Origin: Planctomycetota bacterium
GTDB lineage: Bacteria > Planctomycetota > UBA8108 > SXIK01
Length of the DNA stretch: 64,000 nucleotides
Direction of reading: 5' to 3'
NCBI GenBank assembly: GCA_965223845.1
Contig: CBDCXR010000004.1
Span: forward strand, 7,648,001-7,712,000
The notes beneath the pieces are model-generated. The model saw only the letters and a program-made list of their open reading frames with translations. It was not told the origin of the DNA and did not search any database. Position 1 is the stretch's first letter, and each line of letters starts with the position of its first letter. The translations under genes and the position numbers were made by a program. Positions 37,562-47,763 of this stretch are shown piece after piece.

Positions 37562-39016
37562 ATGATCAACAGATTGTCCGACGAGTGGAAGCGGGTCGAG
37601 TCGAGGGTCGCAGACGAAGCGAGTGAAGGGTCGACGGAGCCGGACGTGCAGGACGTCAGCGAGATTCTCCAGCAGATAGGGGGAGTGCGGGAAGTCCTGA
37701 AGAAAATGTGTCAGGTCTCCGTCACGCGTACGACCGTGCGGAAGGCCGTACGCGACGCATTGATTCCCGTCCTGAAGGAGCACAAGGCCGAGCTCTTTCC
37801 GGAGCTCGCGGAGATCGAGGCGCTGCGGAAGCACCTCGGCCGCCGCTCGGGCGGCGGATTCCGTCTCTTCGGTGCGGATGCGAAGGTCACGGACGAGTTG
37901 CGCGAGCGAATCGACGCGTTCGAAGCGCGCGTTCGCGAGATCGCCGATCTCGGCTCGTCGGTCGAAACTACGGTCGAGCAGCTCGGCGGACGCATCGGCG
38001 ACGTGGACGGCCACATTCAGGAGCTCCGTGGTCGCCTGCAGGACTCCGAGGGGCGCGCGAACGTCACCGGGAGTCGCCTCGAGGCGATCCAGGGGCGCGT
38101 CGAGTCGGTCGAGGATGGGGTAGCGAAAACGCGGGGTGATCTCGACGCGAAGGTCGGGGAAGCCACGACGCAGTGGGCGGCGCGACTCGAAGAGTTGAGC
38201 GACCGCGTCGACTCCGACGCGCGACTCGGCGACGAGTTCCGTTCGGCGGCGGGCGAGAGACTCGATTCGATCGAAGACCGGCTCGAACGCAGCGACGAGC
38301 GACACGACCGAACCGACGAGCGGCTCGGGCAGATCAACGGCCGCATCGGCCAAGTCGAAGGACATGTGAGCCGCGTGGAGTTGCGCCTCGAAGAGATCGA
38401 GACCGCACTCCGGAAGGAGATCGACGACATGACGCAGGGCCTCATGGAGAAGTTCGCACTCGTCCGAGACATCCTCGCGCGCGTCGAGAGCGATATGCCG
38501 CACAAGGACGCCGTCTCGACCGCGAACGAGCGTCTCCAGGGACTTCAAGAGCGCGTCGAGACGATGGCCGAGCGCGTCGAGAACATCGATTCCGTGACGC
38601 CGCAGGTGCGCGGTCTCGGAACGCAGTTCGACGACTTGCGTTCGCGCATCGGGACGCTCTCCACTCAGGTCGATCGCAATGGCGACAACCTCGGCGAGCT
38701 CGAAGGCGAGTTCCGCGCTCGTCTCGAGCAGTTGACGTCGCTCCTCTCGGCGGGGATCGATCGCTGGGAGTCGGATCAATCCTTCGCGCTCGAACGTCTC
38801 ACGGTGATGCGCGACACGCTCCGTGACCAGCTGCATAGGGTCGGTGAGCAAGTCGATGATGCGCAGACGAGCCTGCTCGGTCGACTCGTGAAGCGCGACG
38901 CCGGTGTCAAGATGTCGCGTGGCGAGTGGGAGACGATGGCTGGAAAGCTCGAAGGCATCGTCGCGGGACTCGAAGGTGTTCTCGCGAAGCGCCGCGAGGT
39001 CGCCTCCGAGGACTGA
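37562..39016 (+). CDS. Long coiled-coil protein of unknown function
   Basis: Continuous heptads (RLDSIEDRLERSDER, RIGQVEGHVSRVELRLEEIE); no TM or NTPase motif. Start placed at MINRLS. Confidence 0.8.
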   Translation: MINRLSDEWKRVESRVADEASEGSTEPDVQDVSEILQQIGGVREVLKKMCQVSVTRTTVRKAVRDALIPVLKEHKAELFPELAEIEALRKHLGRRSGGGFRLFGADAKVTDELRERIDAFEARVREIADLGSSVETTVEQLGGRIGDVDGHIQELRGRLQDSEGRANVTGSRLEAIQGRVESVEDGVAKTRGDLDAKVGEATTQWAARLEELSDRVDSDARLGDEFRSAAGERLDSIEDRLERSDERHDRTDERLGQINGRIGQVEGHVSRVELRLEEIETALRKEIDDMTQGLMEKFALVRDILARVESDMPHKDAVSTANERLQGLQERVETMAERVENIDSVTPQVRGLGTQFDDLRSRIGTLSTQVDRNGDNLGELEGEFRARLEQLTSLLSAGIDRWESDQSFALERLTVMRDTLRDQLHRVGEQVDDAQTSLLGRLVKRDAGVKMSRGEWETMAGKLEGIVAGLEGVLAKRREVASED

Positions 39017-39107
39017 TTCGCTCGGGCGAACGTCACTCGGCGAACCGACGCCGCTCGTTCGTTGGATTCTTCCGCCGTGCGAGGATCGCGGCCGCGCGTG
39101 TAGAGCA

Positions 39108-39136
39108 TTGCGGGCGACCAGGCGGCGTGCTATACA
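39108..39136 (+). promoter_or_regulatory. Putative promoter for tRNA-His
   Basis: TTGCGG-N17-TATACA with TGn. Confidence 0.5.
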
Positions 39137-39150
39137 TCGCGCCCTTCTCT

Positions 39151-39228
39151 GGTGGGTGTAGCTCAGCTGGCTAGAGCGCCAGGTTGTGGTCCTGGAGGCC
39201 GGGGGTTCGAGTCCCCTCACCCACCCCA
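39151..39228 (+). tRNA. tRNA-His(GTG)
   Basis: Encoded G-1; GTGGGTG/CACCCAC acceptor stem; CCAGG-TTGTGGT-CCTGG anticodon arm; C73 discriminator; CCA. Confidence 0.97.
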
Positions 39229-39536
39229 CGCATTCCCTCCGAACCGCATGTCCTCGGCGTGCGAGTTCCTCGACGCCCGCGGGTGTACGCCCGCCGGAGC
39301 GTCCCTCCTCGCGAGTTCCGCGCCGGAGTTCGCTGCGCGTCCCCGAGCACGACGTCCAGCCGCCGGACGAACGAACGGATTCCGGAATCCGTGCGCTCCC
39401 TCCGGCGGTGGCCGGCCCCGCCATCGTCCCGTATTCTTCTCCGGGTCGCCCGCGCCTTCGACCGGGAAGGAGCTGGCGGCTGCCCGTGGTGGACTAGCGA
39501 ACGAGGACGAAGGCCGGTCGCCGGGACAAGCGACGC

Positions 39537-40949
39537 ATGAGCGCGCAGCGAGATCATCGATCGTCGAGTCGCCCGAGCGGGCGATCTCCGAGCGAGCCGC
39601 GACTCGAGGGTAGAGTCGGACAGTGCGTCGTCGAACGCATGCTCGGCGAGGGAGGAATGGGGCGCGTGTATCTCGCGCGTCACGAAACGCTCGGGAAGCG
39701 CGTCGCGGTGAAGGTTCTCCGTTCGAATCTTCCCACCGACGTCAACGCCGTCGAACGGTTCATCCGCGAGGCGCGCGCGACCGCGAGTCTCGATCACCCG
39801 ACGATCGTCGACATCTACGACGCGGGAAAGCACGAAGACACGTACTACATCGTCATGCAGTACGTCGACGGAGAGAGTCTCTCGGCGCGGCTCAAGCGTG
39901 AAGGACGTCTGCCTCTCGAGGAATCGCTCCGAATCTTCCGCACGATCGCGCAGGGCATTGGACACGCCCACTCGAAGGGGATCATCCACCGCGACATCAA
40001 GCCGGACAACATCCTCCTCGGTCGCGACGGCAGCGTGAAGCTCGTCGACTTCGGCCTCGCACGAGTCGTCGAGGGCGATTCGAATATCTCCCAGACCGGG
40101 ACGATCGTCGGATCGCCGACCTTCATGTCGCCCGAGCAGGCGCTCGGAAAGAAGCTCGATCAACGGACCGACATCTATTCCCTCGGAGCGACTCTCTACC
40201 AGATGCTCACGGGGGAAACGCCGTTTTGCGCGAGTGGGACGATCGAGGTGGTGTGGAAAATCGTGAAGGAGCCACCGCGTCCCGCTCACGAGGTGTGTCC
40301 GGACGTGTCCCTCCGGCTCTCGCGCTACGTGCACGAGCTGATGCGCAAGGATCCGCGAAAACGCATCGAGTCGATCCCGGCGGCACTCGCCGGCCTCGAC
40401 GACGCTTCGGACGCCGCGCCGGAGTGGGGCCCGAGGTCGCGTTGGGCCGCTCTCGGCGTCGCGGCCGCGGTTCTCATATCGGGCCTCGTCGGGATTTTCG
40501 GGGCGCTGACGTCGAGATCGTCGGCCGAGGCGAGCTCTCCGGCGGCGGTGGAATCGAACATCGCCGCTTCCGTCGCCGACTCGCGGTTTGCGCTCCTCGC
40601 GCGTCTCGCAACGGACGACGAGTACGGGGTGGAGGATCTCGCTGAGCTCCCCGCGCCAACGCGGCGCGCGTTGCTCGAGCGCGTGCGCGCGTTTCATCGC
40701 GCCGCTGCCGCCGGCGAACGGCTGCGGGAGTTCGTCGACACGGGGCTCATCAGCTCGGCACAGCCGCTCCGCAGTTTCGGTGCGAAGCTCGCCCGATCGA
40801 ATGCCCGCGTCCTCGAGGCGCGCTGGCTCGAGGAGGGACGTTCGGCCGTCGTCGAGGTCGCCCTCGACGGGCGCACGTTCATCGAGCCGTGGATTCTCGC
40901 GTCCGGAAGCTGGAAGTTCGACGTCCGCGCGTGGAGCGAGGCGAACTGA
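39537..40949 (+). CDS. Membrane Ser/Thr protein kinase
   Basis: LGEGGMGRVY, VAVK, HRDIKPDN, DFGLAR, GSPTFMSPEQ; single TM. Confidence 0.93.
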   Translation: MSAQRDHRSSSRPSGRSPSEPRLEGRVGQCVVERMLGEGGMGRVYLARHETLGKRVAVKVLRSNLPTDVNAVERFIREARATASLDHPTIVDIYDAGKHEDTYYIVMQYVDGESLSARLKREGRLPLEESLRIFRTIAQGIGHAHSKGIIHRDIKPDNILLGRDGSVKLVDFGLARVVEGDSNISQTGTIVGSPTFMSPEQALGKKLDQRTDIYSLGATLYQMLTGETPFCASGTIEVVWKIVKEPPRPAHEVCPDVSLRLSRYVHELMRKDPRKRIESIPAALAGLDDASDAAPEWGPRSRWAALGVAAAVLISGLVGIFGALTSRSSAEASSPAAVESNIAASVADSRFALLARLATDDEYGVEDLAELPAPTRRALLERVRAFHRAAAAGERLREFVDTGLISSAQPLRSFGAKLARSNARVLEARWLEEGRSAVVEVALDGRTFIEPWILASGSWKFDVRAWSEAN

Positions 40950-40973
40950 CCCGGTCGATTCAGCGGCCGCAGC

Positions 40974-42191
40974 TTACGCCGCCGGATCGTTCGCGCAGGA
41001 CGCCGTCGACTCGTCGCAACTGATCGTCGATGTCGCTCCGGGTTGCTCGGTGAACGAGCCGCAGTTCGGATACGGCGGGGGAATGTCGGCGCCGTCCGAA
41101 AAGAGGAACAGGAGGAGAAAGATGGCGTCGGTCACTCTCCCGATCACGCGGCCGTTGCCATCGGCGTCGCAGGCGGCGAGGCAGTCGGGCTTTCGCCCGC
41201 CGAGGAAGTTGTAGTGGAGAAGAAAAACGGCGTCGCCGAGATCGGGCTGGCCGTCGCCGTTGCAGTCGCCGCGAATGAACCTGCGGGCGCCGGCCGACCG
41301 CGCATCGACGTGCACTTCGACGTCATTGCTCGTCGCGCCGGGAAAGACGGCGGAGCGCGAGGGGAATCCCGAGTGGTTCACCTCGATGAGGAGAAAGCTG
41401 CCGTCGGGGAACCCGTGGCGAGCGGCTTCCGCCGCGTCGGGCACGAGATCGAGCGCCAAGTCCTCGAGCTTCGTCGTCGATTCCCAGCTCGCGTCCTCAA
41501 ACGCCATGAGGACCGTATCGCCATCGTTCGAAATCACCGAGCCATCGAGGGAGCCCGGAAGGTTGTACACGAGACCGTCGGCGATCAGCACGCTCGTGCC
41601 GGTGCGGTCCGCGTATTCGTACTTTGCGAACGGGCCCGACTCGGCCGCCCAGTTCTCGATTTGTCCGGCTTGAGCCGTCGCCAGTCGCAGGACGCAAGGC
41701 GCGCCGCGCCGGGCACTCGACCCGACGGTGATCAGGCCTTCGAGAGCGATCTCGAAGGACGAGCCCGACGCGAGATCGTGGAGGCCCGGGGGGAGGTAGA
41801 CCGCCCCGCCTAGCTTGATCCGGAAGTTACCGGGCTCGACGCGGGTCGGATTCCCGCGGACCTTCGCTTGCCCGACGCCGCGGTCGGCACAGGGGTCGGT
41901 CGAGGCGGCGGCGCACGTCGTCGGCTCCACGGTCACGAAATCGGATGACAAGGCGAGCTCGAGACGCGCGTCGAAGAACCCTTCGGCCTTGAGAAACATC
42001 CTTCCGAGGGACGCGCCGATACCGTTCGGGATGCCGTTACCGACGACGGCGTCGCCCGTCTCGGTCAGGACGCGATCCTGAGCGACCGAAAAACCGCCGC
42101 CGAGAAGTACGACGACGAGCGCGAGCGCACGCGAGCCACTCGCGATGTGCACACTCTTCCCCCTGCCCCGTCGAATCGACGAGTGGCGCAT
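40974..42191 (-). CDS. Secreted protein with a C-terminal dockerin-like domain
   Basis: Signal peptide; FIRGDCNGDGQPDLGDAVFLL..CDADGNG..TDAIFLL..PPPYPNCG. Confidence 0.8.
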   Translation of the reverse strand: MRHSSIRRGRGKSVHIASGSRALALVVVLLGGGFSVAQDRVLTETGDAVVGNGIPNGIGASLGRMFLKAEGFFDARLELALSSDFVTVEPTTCAAASTDPCADRGVGQAKVRGNPTRVEPGNFRIKLGGAVYLPPGLHDLASGSSFEIALEGLITVGSSARRGAPCVLRLATAQAGQIENWAAESGPFAKYEYADRTGTSVLIADGLVYNLPGSLDGSVISNDGDTVLMAFEDASWESTTKLEDLALDLVPDAAEAARHGFPDGSFLLIEVNHSGFPSRSAVFPGATSNDVEVHVDARSAGARRFIRGDCNGDGQPDLGDAVFLLHYNFLGGRKPDCLAACDADGNGRVIGRVTDAIFLLLFLFSDGADIPPPYPNCGSFTEQPGATSTISCDESTASCANDPAA

Positions 42192-42799
42192 GGACCGAAA
42201 ACCCTCTCTCCCCGGAAACCCTCTCTCTACTTCACTCCGCTCTCGTTCTTCACGGCGGAACGCCGTCCACCGGACCTTCCTCGGGAAGAACTCGAACTCG
42301 TGAAGCCCAGACTGGCGTCAATTCTAACCCGCGGTTCGACGCCGTTTCCACCGCGTGACGCAGCGTCCGAGCTCGCGCGTCGATCGCGTACGCGCGTCGG
42401 TCGCGTACGGGAGACGTCCGACCCGCGCCCGAGCGCTAACGGCGAACGAACCGCGCCTCCGGAGTCGCCCCGCGATGGGCGTACAGCTTGCAAACTCCGT
42501 CTCGGCGTCCGCGGAGGCGGACTCCGCACGGGAGAGATCCTGTGGTCGAATCGGCGTTCGCGCCGACGAAAGAGGAAGCTCCGGACAGTGCGTTCGGACG
42601 GAAAGTTCCGAGTATCCGCGGCATTTGGCCTGGCCGCACTGAACGCCGCATTCACTAGCGGGTCGGTGTTCGGCTTCCCCGGGCGCGGAGTGGCTCGGCG
42701 GTCGCGTTCGGTGGGGCGAAATCGGGCGACCGAGGCGAATCGCCACGGTCCCGCGGCCCGTTCGCCGCTCGCGAGATCCTTCGACGGAGAAAGACTTCC

Positions 42800-44212
42800 A
42801 TGCATCGCTTTCCGCGCCCTCGGGATGGCCTCGCGCAGTGCGCTCTCGTCGTCGCTTGCGCGCTTCTCCTAGCCGGCTCCGTCGGCTGCGACAGCGAGAG
42901 TCTCTTCGGCGATGGCGGATCCGCCGACGCGGCGGTGACGACCCCCGCCGGCGTCCAAACCGGCGATATTACGCTCGTCTACCGCCTCACCGGCGAAGAC
43001 GGCGAGACGGTGAACGTCCGCGTCCTCTATACGACGAACGGGATCACCTACCTCAACGCGTCGGAAGGTGTCGGCGGCGACGGCACTGAGGACCTCACCG
43101 TCAGCGCAGCCGGCGAGTTTCACTCTTACGTTTGGGATTCAGGGCGCGATCTACCGGGGGCACGACGCTCTGACATTCGCGTAAAGGTCGTTCCGACCGG
43201 CGGACTCTCCGATACGACGGGGAACATCCGCATCCACAACTCGGAGTTCCTCGTCACTCTCGACGACGCGTCCGCCGGGCGCGCGAGATTGTTCGTGGTC
43301 GACGTGACGGACGGAGCGGACTCCGCGCGCGGCACTTACGCCACCGGCGGGACGAATCCCGACGACCTCATCTACTCCGATGGGTTCTTCCTCATCACTC
43401 ACCGCACTACCGACGACGTCGCGGTGCTTCAGCTCGACGAAGAGGCCAAGACGCTCTCGCCCGTTGAGAGCTCACCGTTTGCGGGCGACGGGATCGGCGC
43501 GAGTGCGATCGCGACGGATGGTGAACACGTTTTCGTCTCCAACTCGGCGAGTCAGACTCTCTCGGTCTTCAACTTCAACTCGAGCACGGGAGCGCTGACG
43601 CTCAGCGCATTCAGCAACGTCTCTGCGAGCGGTTGCCGAGGCCTCGTCGTCCGCTCGAGTCGGCTCTACGTGGCCGACGCGGTGAACGATCGCATCCACG
43701 TCTTCGACATCGCTTCGAATGGCGAGCTCTTCACGAACAGCGCCTCTCCCGTGACGACGGGTGGACTCGGTCAGCCGGGCGCGCTCGCGCGTGTCGGCTC
43801 GTTCCTCTACGCGGCGAATGAAGGCGCGAGCTCGGTGAGCGGCTTTGTCGTCGAGAGTGGTGGAGCTCTCACTCCGATCGCGGGTTCGCCGTTCGCGACG
43901 ACGGTGTCGCCGCTCGTTCACCTCGCAGCGAATGGTTTCTCGCTCCTAGGCGTCGACGGCACCGGCGCTCGCCTCGACCTTCTCGCTGTCGACCCTCTCG
44001 GTGCACTCACCGAAGACCCGACCGGTCCGTTCGGACTCTCCGGTGACGGCGTGGCGATCGCATCGACCGGCGAGGTCGTCGTCGCGTCGGCGAGCGGCGC
44101 GAGGAGCCTCCACGTCTACACGATCGTTGCGGGAGGCGGGCTTTCGGAGATTTCCTCGAGCCCGATTTCGGTCGGCGTCGACACTCGTCGGATGGCGTTC
44201 TCTCGCGAGTGA
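42800..44212 (+). CDS. Lipoprotein with an Ig-like domain and a lactonase-family beta-propeller
   Basis: Lipobox SVGC; repeated LYVA/LYAAN..VSGF..G.LT.I.GSPF blades. Confidence 0.82.
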   Translation: MHRFPRPRDGLAQCALVVACALLLAGSVGCDSESLFGDGGSADAAVTTPAGVQTGDITLVYRLTGEDGETVNVRVLYTTNGITYLNASEGVGGDGTEDLTVSAAGEFHSYVWDSGRDLPGARRSDIRVKVVPTGGLSDTTGNIRIHNSEFLVTLDDASAGRARLFVVDVTDGADSARGTYATGGTNPDDLIYSDGFFLITHRTTDDVAVLQLDEEAKTLSPVESSPFAGDGIGASAIATDGEHVFVSNSASQTLSVFNFNSSTGALTLSAFSNVSASGCRGLVVRSSRLYVADAVNDRIHVFDIASNGELFTNSASPVTTGGLGQPGALARVGSFLYAANEGASSVSGFVVESGGALTPIAGSPFATTVSPLVHLAANGFSLLGVDGTGARLDLLAVDPLGALTEDPTGPFGLSGDGVAIASTGEVVVASASGARSLHVYTIVAGGGLSEISSSPISVGVDTRRMAFSRE

Positions 44213-44291
44213 GCTCCAGTCCCGACTCTGACCGCGCCGTCCGTCGTAGACGGGAACGGACTCCGCCCGAACGCAGTACCCCGCGATCGGG

Positions 44292-45989
44292 CTAGGTCTC
44301 TCGCCCTGCGGCCGCGATACGGTCGCGGTGACGACGAAAGTACTTTAGCCCGGGAAAGAAAAAGCACGCGGCGGAGACGACGCCAAACACGGTAAGCCCC
44401 CAGCCCGGGTAGAGGATGATCACCGCGGAGCAGAGGTAGAGCGCCACGGCCTCGAAATAGAAGCGCCCCGATAGGATTCCGCCCTTCGAGAGGAAGACGT
44501 TCCCGCTGAGGAGCGGGAGTACGGGCGAGAGCGAGAGGACGGGGAGATCGAGGAGAATCTCGACGAGAAAGAGGAGCGAGCTCGAGAGGATGGCTCCGGC
44601 CCAGAGGTGTGCGATCTGGCGCTCCATGAACGTGATCGGGCCGGAGCGATGGCGGAGGCCCCAAAAGATCACGCCCCACGTGCCGAGGCCTCCACTCCAG
44701 AGCGCGATGTACGGAATGCGTGCCTCGACGCCGCCGTTCTTCATCGCGTTCGTCGTGACGCAAAGCGCGATCAACGCGACGCTGTGAAGCATCCAGAGGA
44801 GTCCCCAGTTCTCGAGGATCTGCGCGTGGTGAGTCTCGCGAAAAATGCGGCTCACGACGTCGACGATGCTCGTCGAACGCGCGGATACGGAATCCCCGTC
44901 GCGGTAGGCCCGGAGATCATGCGCGAGCTCTCTCGCGCTCTCGTAGCGAAGGTCCTGCGGCTTCTGCAGGCACTTGAGCACGACGAGCTCGAGGTCGCGA
45001 TCGATGCTCGGCTGGAGAACGCGCGGCGGCGGCGGGTCCTGCTCGATCACGGCGAGAATGGTCGTCACCGGGGTCGCCGCCTGAAACGGAGGGCGACCCG
45101 TGAGCGCGTGGTAGAGCACGCTTCCGAGACCGTACACGTCCGTCGTCGCGTCGATCCGGTCGCTCGCACCCGTCGCTTGCTCGGGAGACATGTAGCTCGG
45201 AGTGCCGAGAACTGCTCCCGTTTCCGTGAGATCACCGTCGCCCTCGATTTCCTTCGCGAGGCCGAAGTCCGTGACGTGAGGGATGCCGTCCGGATCGATC
45301 AGGATGTTCGAGGGTTTGAGATCGCGGTGATAGATGCCCTGTTCGTGCGCGTATTGAATCGCGTTCGCAACCGACGAGACGAGCTCTGCTGCTTCCCTGG
45401 ACTCGAGCGGTCCGCGGGCGAGGCGAGCGGCCAAGGTCTCGCCGGCGACGAAACGCATGGTGAAGTAGAGCTGCCCCCGCGTCTCGCCGACTTCGTACAC
45501 GGGAACGATGTTCGGATGGTCGAGGCGCGCCGCGGCCTGGGCTTCCGATCGAAAGCGTGCGACATCGACCGTCGACGCGGCCCCGCCGAGACGAAGGATC
45601 TTGAGCGCAACGGTCCGATCGAGACTCCGCTGGCGGGCCTTGTAGACGATTCCCATTCCGCCGCGTCCGAGCTCCTCGAGGATTTCGTAGTCGTCGAGAC
45701 CATCCAGGTTCGCGATCGGGTCGTTCGATTCCTCGCGGCCTTCTAGGCTCGTCTCGCTCGCCGAGTTGTTTTCGCTGAGCGTCGTTCCCGATCGCGCGAG
45801 CTGCTCGGTGACGACGAGTGCACCGAGCAGCGCGCGCAGCTCGCTCTCGAGCTCGGGACGCTCGCCGACGAGCGCGCGCGGATCCGGATGCCCCCCGGCG
45901 CGGAGCTCCGCCGTCGCCTCCTCGAGACAGCCGAGGAGGAACTCATCGGAGTCGGGAGGCTGATCGCCGGTGTCGTCGCTCGAGCTCAT
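44292..45989 (-). CDS. Ser/Thr kinase with a C-terminal multi-TM domain
   Basis: LGRGGMGIVY, HRDLKPSN, DFGLAK, GTPSYMSPEQ; about six TM helices; ATGA overlap with the sigma gene. Confidence 0.93.
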   Translation of the reverse strand: MSSSDDTGDQPPDSDEFLLGCLEEATAELRAGGHPDPRALVGERPELESELRALLGALVVTEQLARSGTTLSENNSASETSLEGREESNDPIANLDGLDDYEILEELGRGGMGIVYKARQRSLDRTVALKILRLGGAASTVDVARFRSEAQAAARLDHPNIVPVYEVGETRGQLYFTMRFVAGETLAARLARGPLESREAAELVSSVANAIQYAHEQGIYHRDLKPSNILIDPDGIPHVTDFGLAKEIEGDGDLTETGAVLGTPSYMSPEQATGASDRIDATTDVYGLGSVLYHALTGRPPFQAATPVTTILAVIEQDPPPPRVLQPSIDRDLELVVLKCLQKPQDLRYESARELAHDLRAYRDGDSVSARSTSIVDVVSRIFRETHHAQILENWGLLWMLHSVALIALCVTTNAMKNGGVEARIPYIALWSGGLGTWGVIFWGLRHRSGPITFMERQIAHLWAGAILSSSLLFLVEILLDLPVLSLSPVLPLLSGNVFLSKGGILSGRFYFEAVALYLCSAVIILYPGWGLTVFGVVSAACFFFPGLKYFRRHRDRIAAAGRET

Positions 45990-46615
45990 ACCGTTTCCTC
46001 TCCTCCCGGATTCAGCGTCGCGCCCAGTCGGCGCAGCGCACGCAGGTACCGCATCCCAGCGGCCGGCTCACTGAGGCCGAGCTCTCGCGCGACCTCTTGA
46101 TTCGTGTAGTGCTCGAAGTGCCGGAGCACGATGATCTCGCGGTCGTCCGGCTTCAAGTGCTCGAGTGCGTCGCGGAATCTCCGCTCGAGCTCCGCGCGCA
46201 TCGCCGTGGCGGCTGGTGTGAGGCCACTCGCGGCGAGCTGAGAGGCGAGCTGGATCGAGGATCGGTCGCCGAACTGTGGATTCGCGAGCGAGCGCTCTCG
46301 GTCGACGCTCCGGCGCTGAGCGGCTCGGTGTCGGCGGTGGGCGTCGATCACGTGATCCTTCGCGAGGTGCCGGAGCCAGATGTGAAACGGCATCGCGGGA
46401 TTGCTCGCGTACTCGGCGAGCCGGCGACTTGCTTCGACGAGCGTCTCTTGGACGACGTCGCTCGCGTCCACCCGGCCGGCGATCGCGGGATCGAGGCGGA
46501 GCTCGACCACGCGGCGAAGCGTAGGTCGGTGCCGACCGAGCAGCCGGTCGATCGCTTTGCTGTCGCCGCTTCGAACGAGTTCGAGGAGCTCTTGCGTTTC
46601 GTCGGGTCCCGCCAT
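45986..46615 (-). CDS. ECF sigma-70 factor, planctomycete type
   Basis: RVDASDVVQETL, WLRHLA, IIVLRHFE..TNQEVA..LGLS..AA.MRY.RAL. Start placed at MAGPDE (alternative 46633). Confidence 0.92.
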   Translation of the reverse strand: MAGPDETQELLELVRSGDSKAIDRLLGRHRPTLRRVVELRLDPAIAGRVDASDVVQETLVEASRRLAEYASNPAMPFHIWLRHLAKDHVIDAHRRHRAAQRRSVDRERSLANPQFGDRSSIQLASQLAASGLTPAATAMRAELERRFRDALEHLKPDDREIIVLRHFEHYTNQEVARELGLSEPAAGMRYLRALRRLGATLNPGGEETV

Positions 46616-46729
46616 GATAGTAGTCGGACGCATTGTACCCGATCGCTCCGGAGGGTGGTGGCGGGAGTCCCCTAGGCGGCGCTCGAGGGAGGGCGTTGTC
46701 GCCGCGGAGTTCGTACGGAGACTGAAGGT

Positions 46730-47740
46730 TTGGATTTCTCTCGGTTCGAGCAGTGGGCGGTCCCGGTCGGGAGCTTCTCCCGGATCCGCGTCAAGATTCA
46801 TGTGCTCTTGATTGGGTTCTGGCTCTACGAGCTGAACGACCTGTTGGGGCAGGACATCGCCCGCGGCCAATTGCTTCTCCTCTGGGTCCTCGGGAGCTTC
46901 ACTCTCTTCTTCACGATCCTCCTCCATGAGTTCGGGCACTGCTTCGCCGCGCGCAGAGTCGGCGGCGACGCCGAGGAGATCATCCTCTGGCCGCTCGGCG
47001 GGCTTGCCCTCTGTCACGCGCCGCTCCTCCCACGTTCGCAGTTCATCGTCGCGGCGGGTGGTCCGCTCGTGACGCTCGTGATCCTGGTCGTTTCATGGAT
47101 CGGGTTTTTCGCGCTCGACACGTGGTGGCCAGCGCTCACTCAGTCGAATCTCTACGTGATGTACGTACGCTGGTATCTCACGGATCTTCAGCTCTTCCTG
47201 CTCATATTCAACTCCGTGCCTTGGTACCCGCTCGATGGCGGCCGGATGTTCCAAGCGATGGTTTGGGCGCGTTTCTCTCGACGCGGTGACGCGGGATCGT
47301 ACGGCCACGCGTCGCTCATCACGGTGTATGTCTCCCGGGTCTGCGCCGCGCTCGGCCTCGCGTACGGTCTCTACGTGCTCTTTGTCCACCAGTCGATGTA
47401 CATGATCGTGCTCGCTCTCTGGGTGTGGATGGGGACGGAGGGACTCCGGCGTCAGATCGCCGAGGGCGCCGAGCAGGACTATTCGTTCGGCTACGATTTT
47501 TCGCGGGGGTACACGAGTCTCGAAAGCAGTCAGCCGCGAGCGCCGGAGCCGCGGCGGAAAGGAGCGTTTCGTGGGTGGCTCAGAGGTCGACGCAAGCGCC
47601 CGTTCGAGTCGGCGCAGCCATCCTCCGAGGAGCGCGAGAGGGTCGACGCGCTCCTCGCGAAAATCCAGCGCGAGGGAATGCCGTCGCTCACGCGGGAGGA
47701 GCGGAAGTTCCTCGATCGCGTCAGTCGACGCTATCGGTAA
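46730..47740 (+). CDS. Site-2 protease (peptidase M50) with a DUF6576-like tail
   Basis: LLHEFGH, PLGGLA, AGGP, FNSVPWYPLDGGR; tail VDALLAKI...G..SLT.EE. Confidence 0.9.
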   Translation: MDFSRFEQWAVPVGSFSRIRVKIHVLLIGFWLYELNDLLGQDIARGQLLLLWVLGSFTLFFTILLHEFGHCFAARRVGGDAEEIILWPLGGLALCHAPLLPRSQFIVAAGGPLVTLVILVVSWIGFFALDTWWPALTQSNLYVMYVRWYLTDLQLFLLIFNSVPWYPLDGGRMFQAMVWARFSRRGDAGSYGHASLITVYVSRVCAALGLAYGLYVLFVHQSMYMIVLALWVWMGTEGLRRQIAEGAEQDYSFGYDFSRGYTSLESSQPRAPEPRRKGAFRGWLRGRRKRPFESAQPSSEERERVDALLAKIQREGMPSLTREERKFLDRVSRRYR

Positions 47741-47763
47741 CGAGACGCGAGAATCACGCCGGC

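Noticed and set aside
42560-42700. GAGGAAGCTCCGG plus hairpins as RNase P RNA
   Set aside because: Does not match GAGGAAAGUCC, and the conserved 3' P4 strand was not found.
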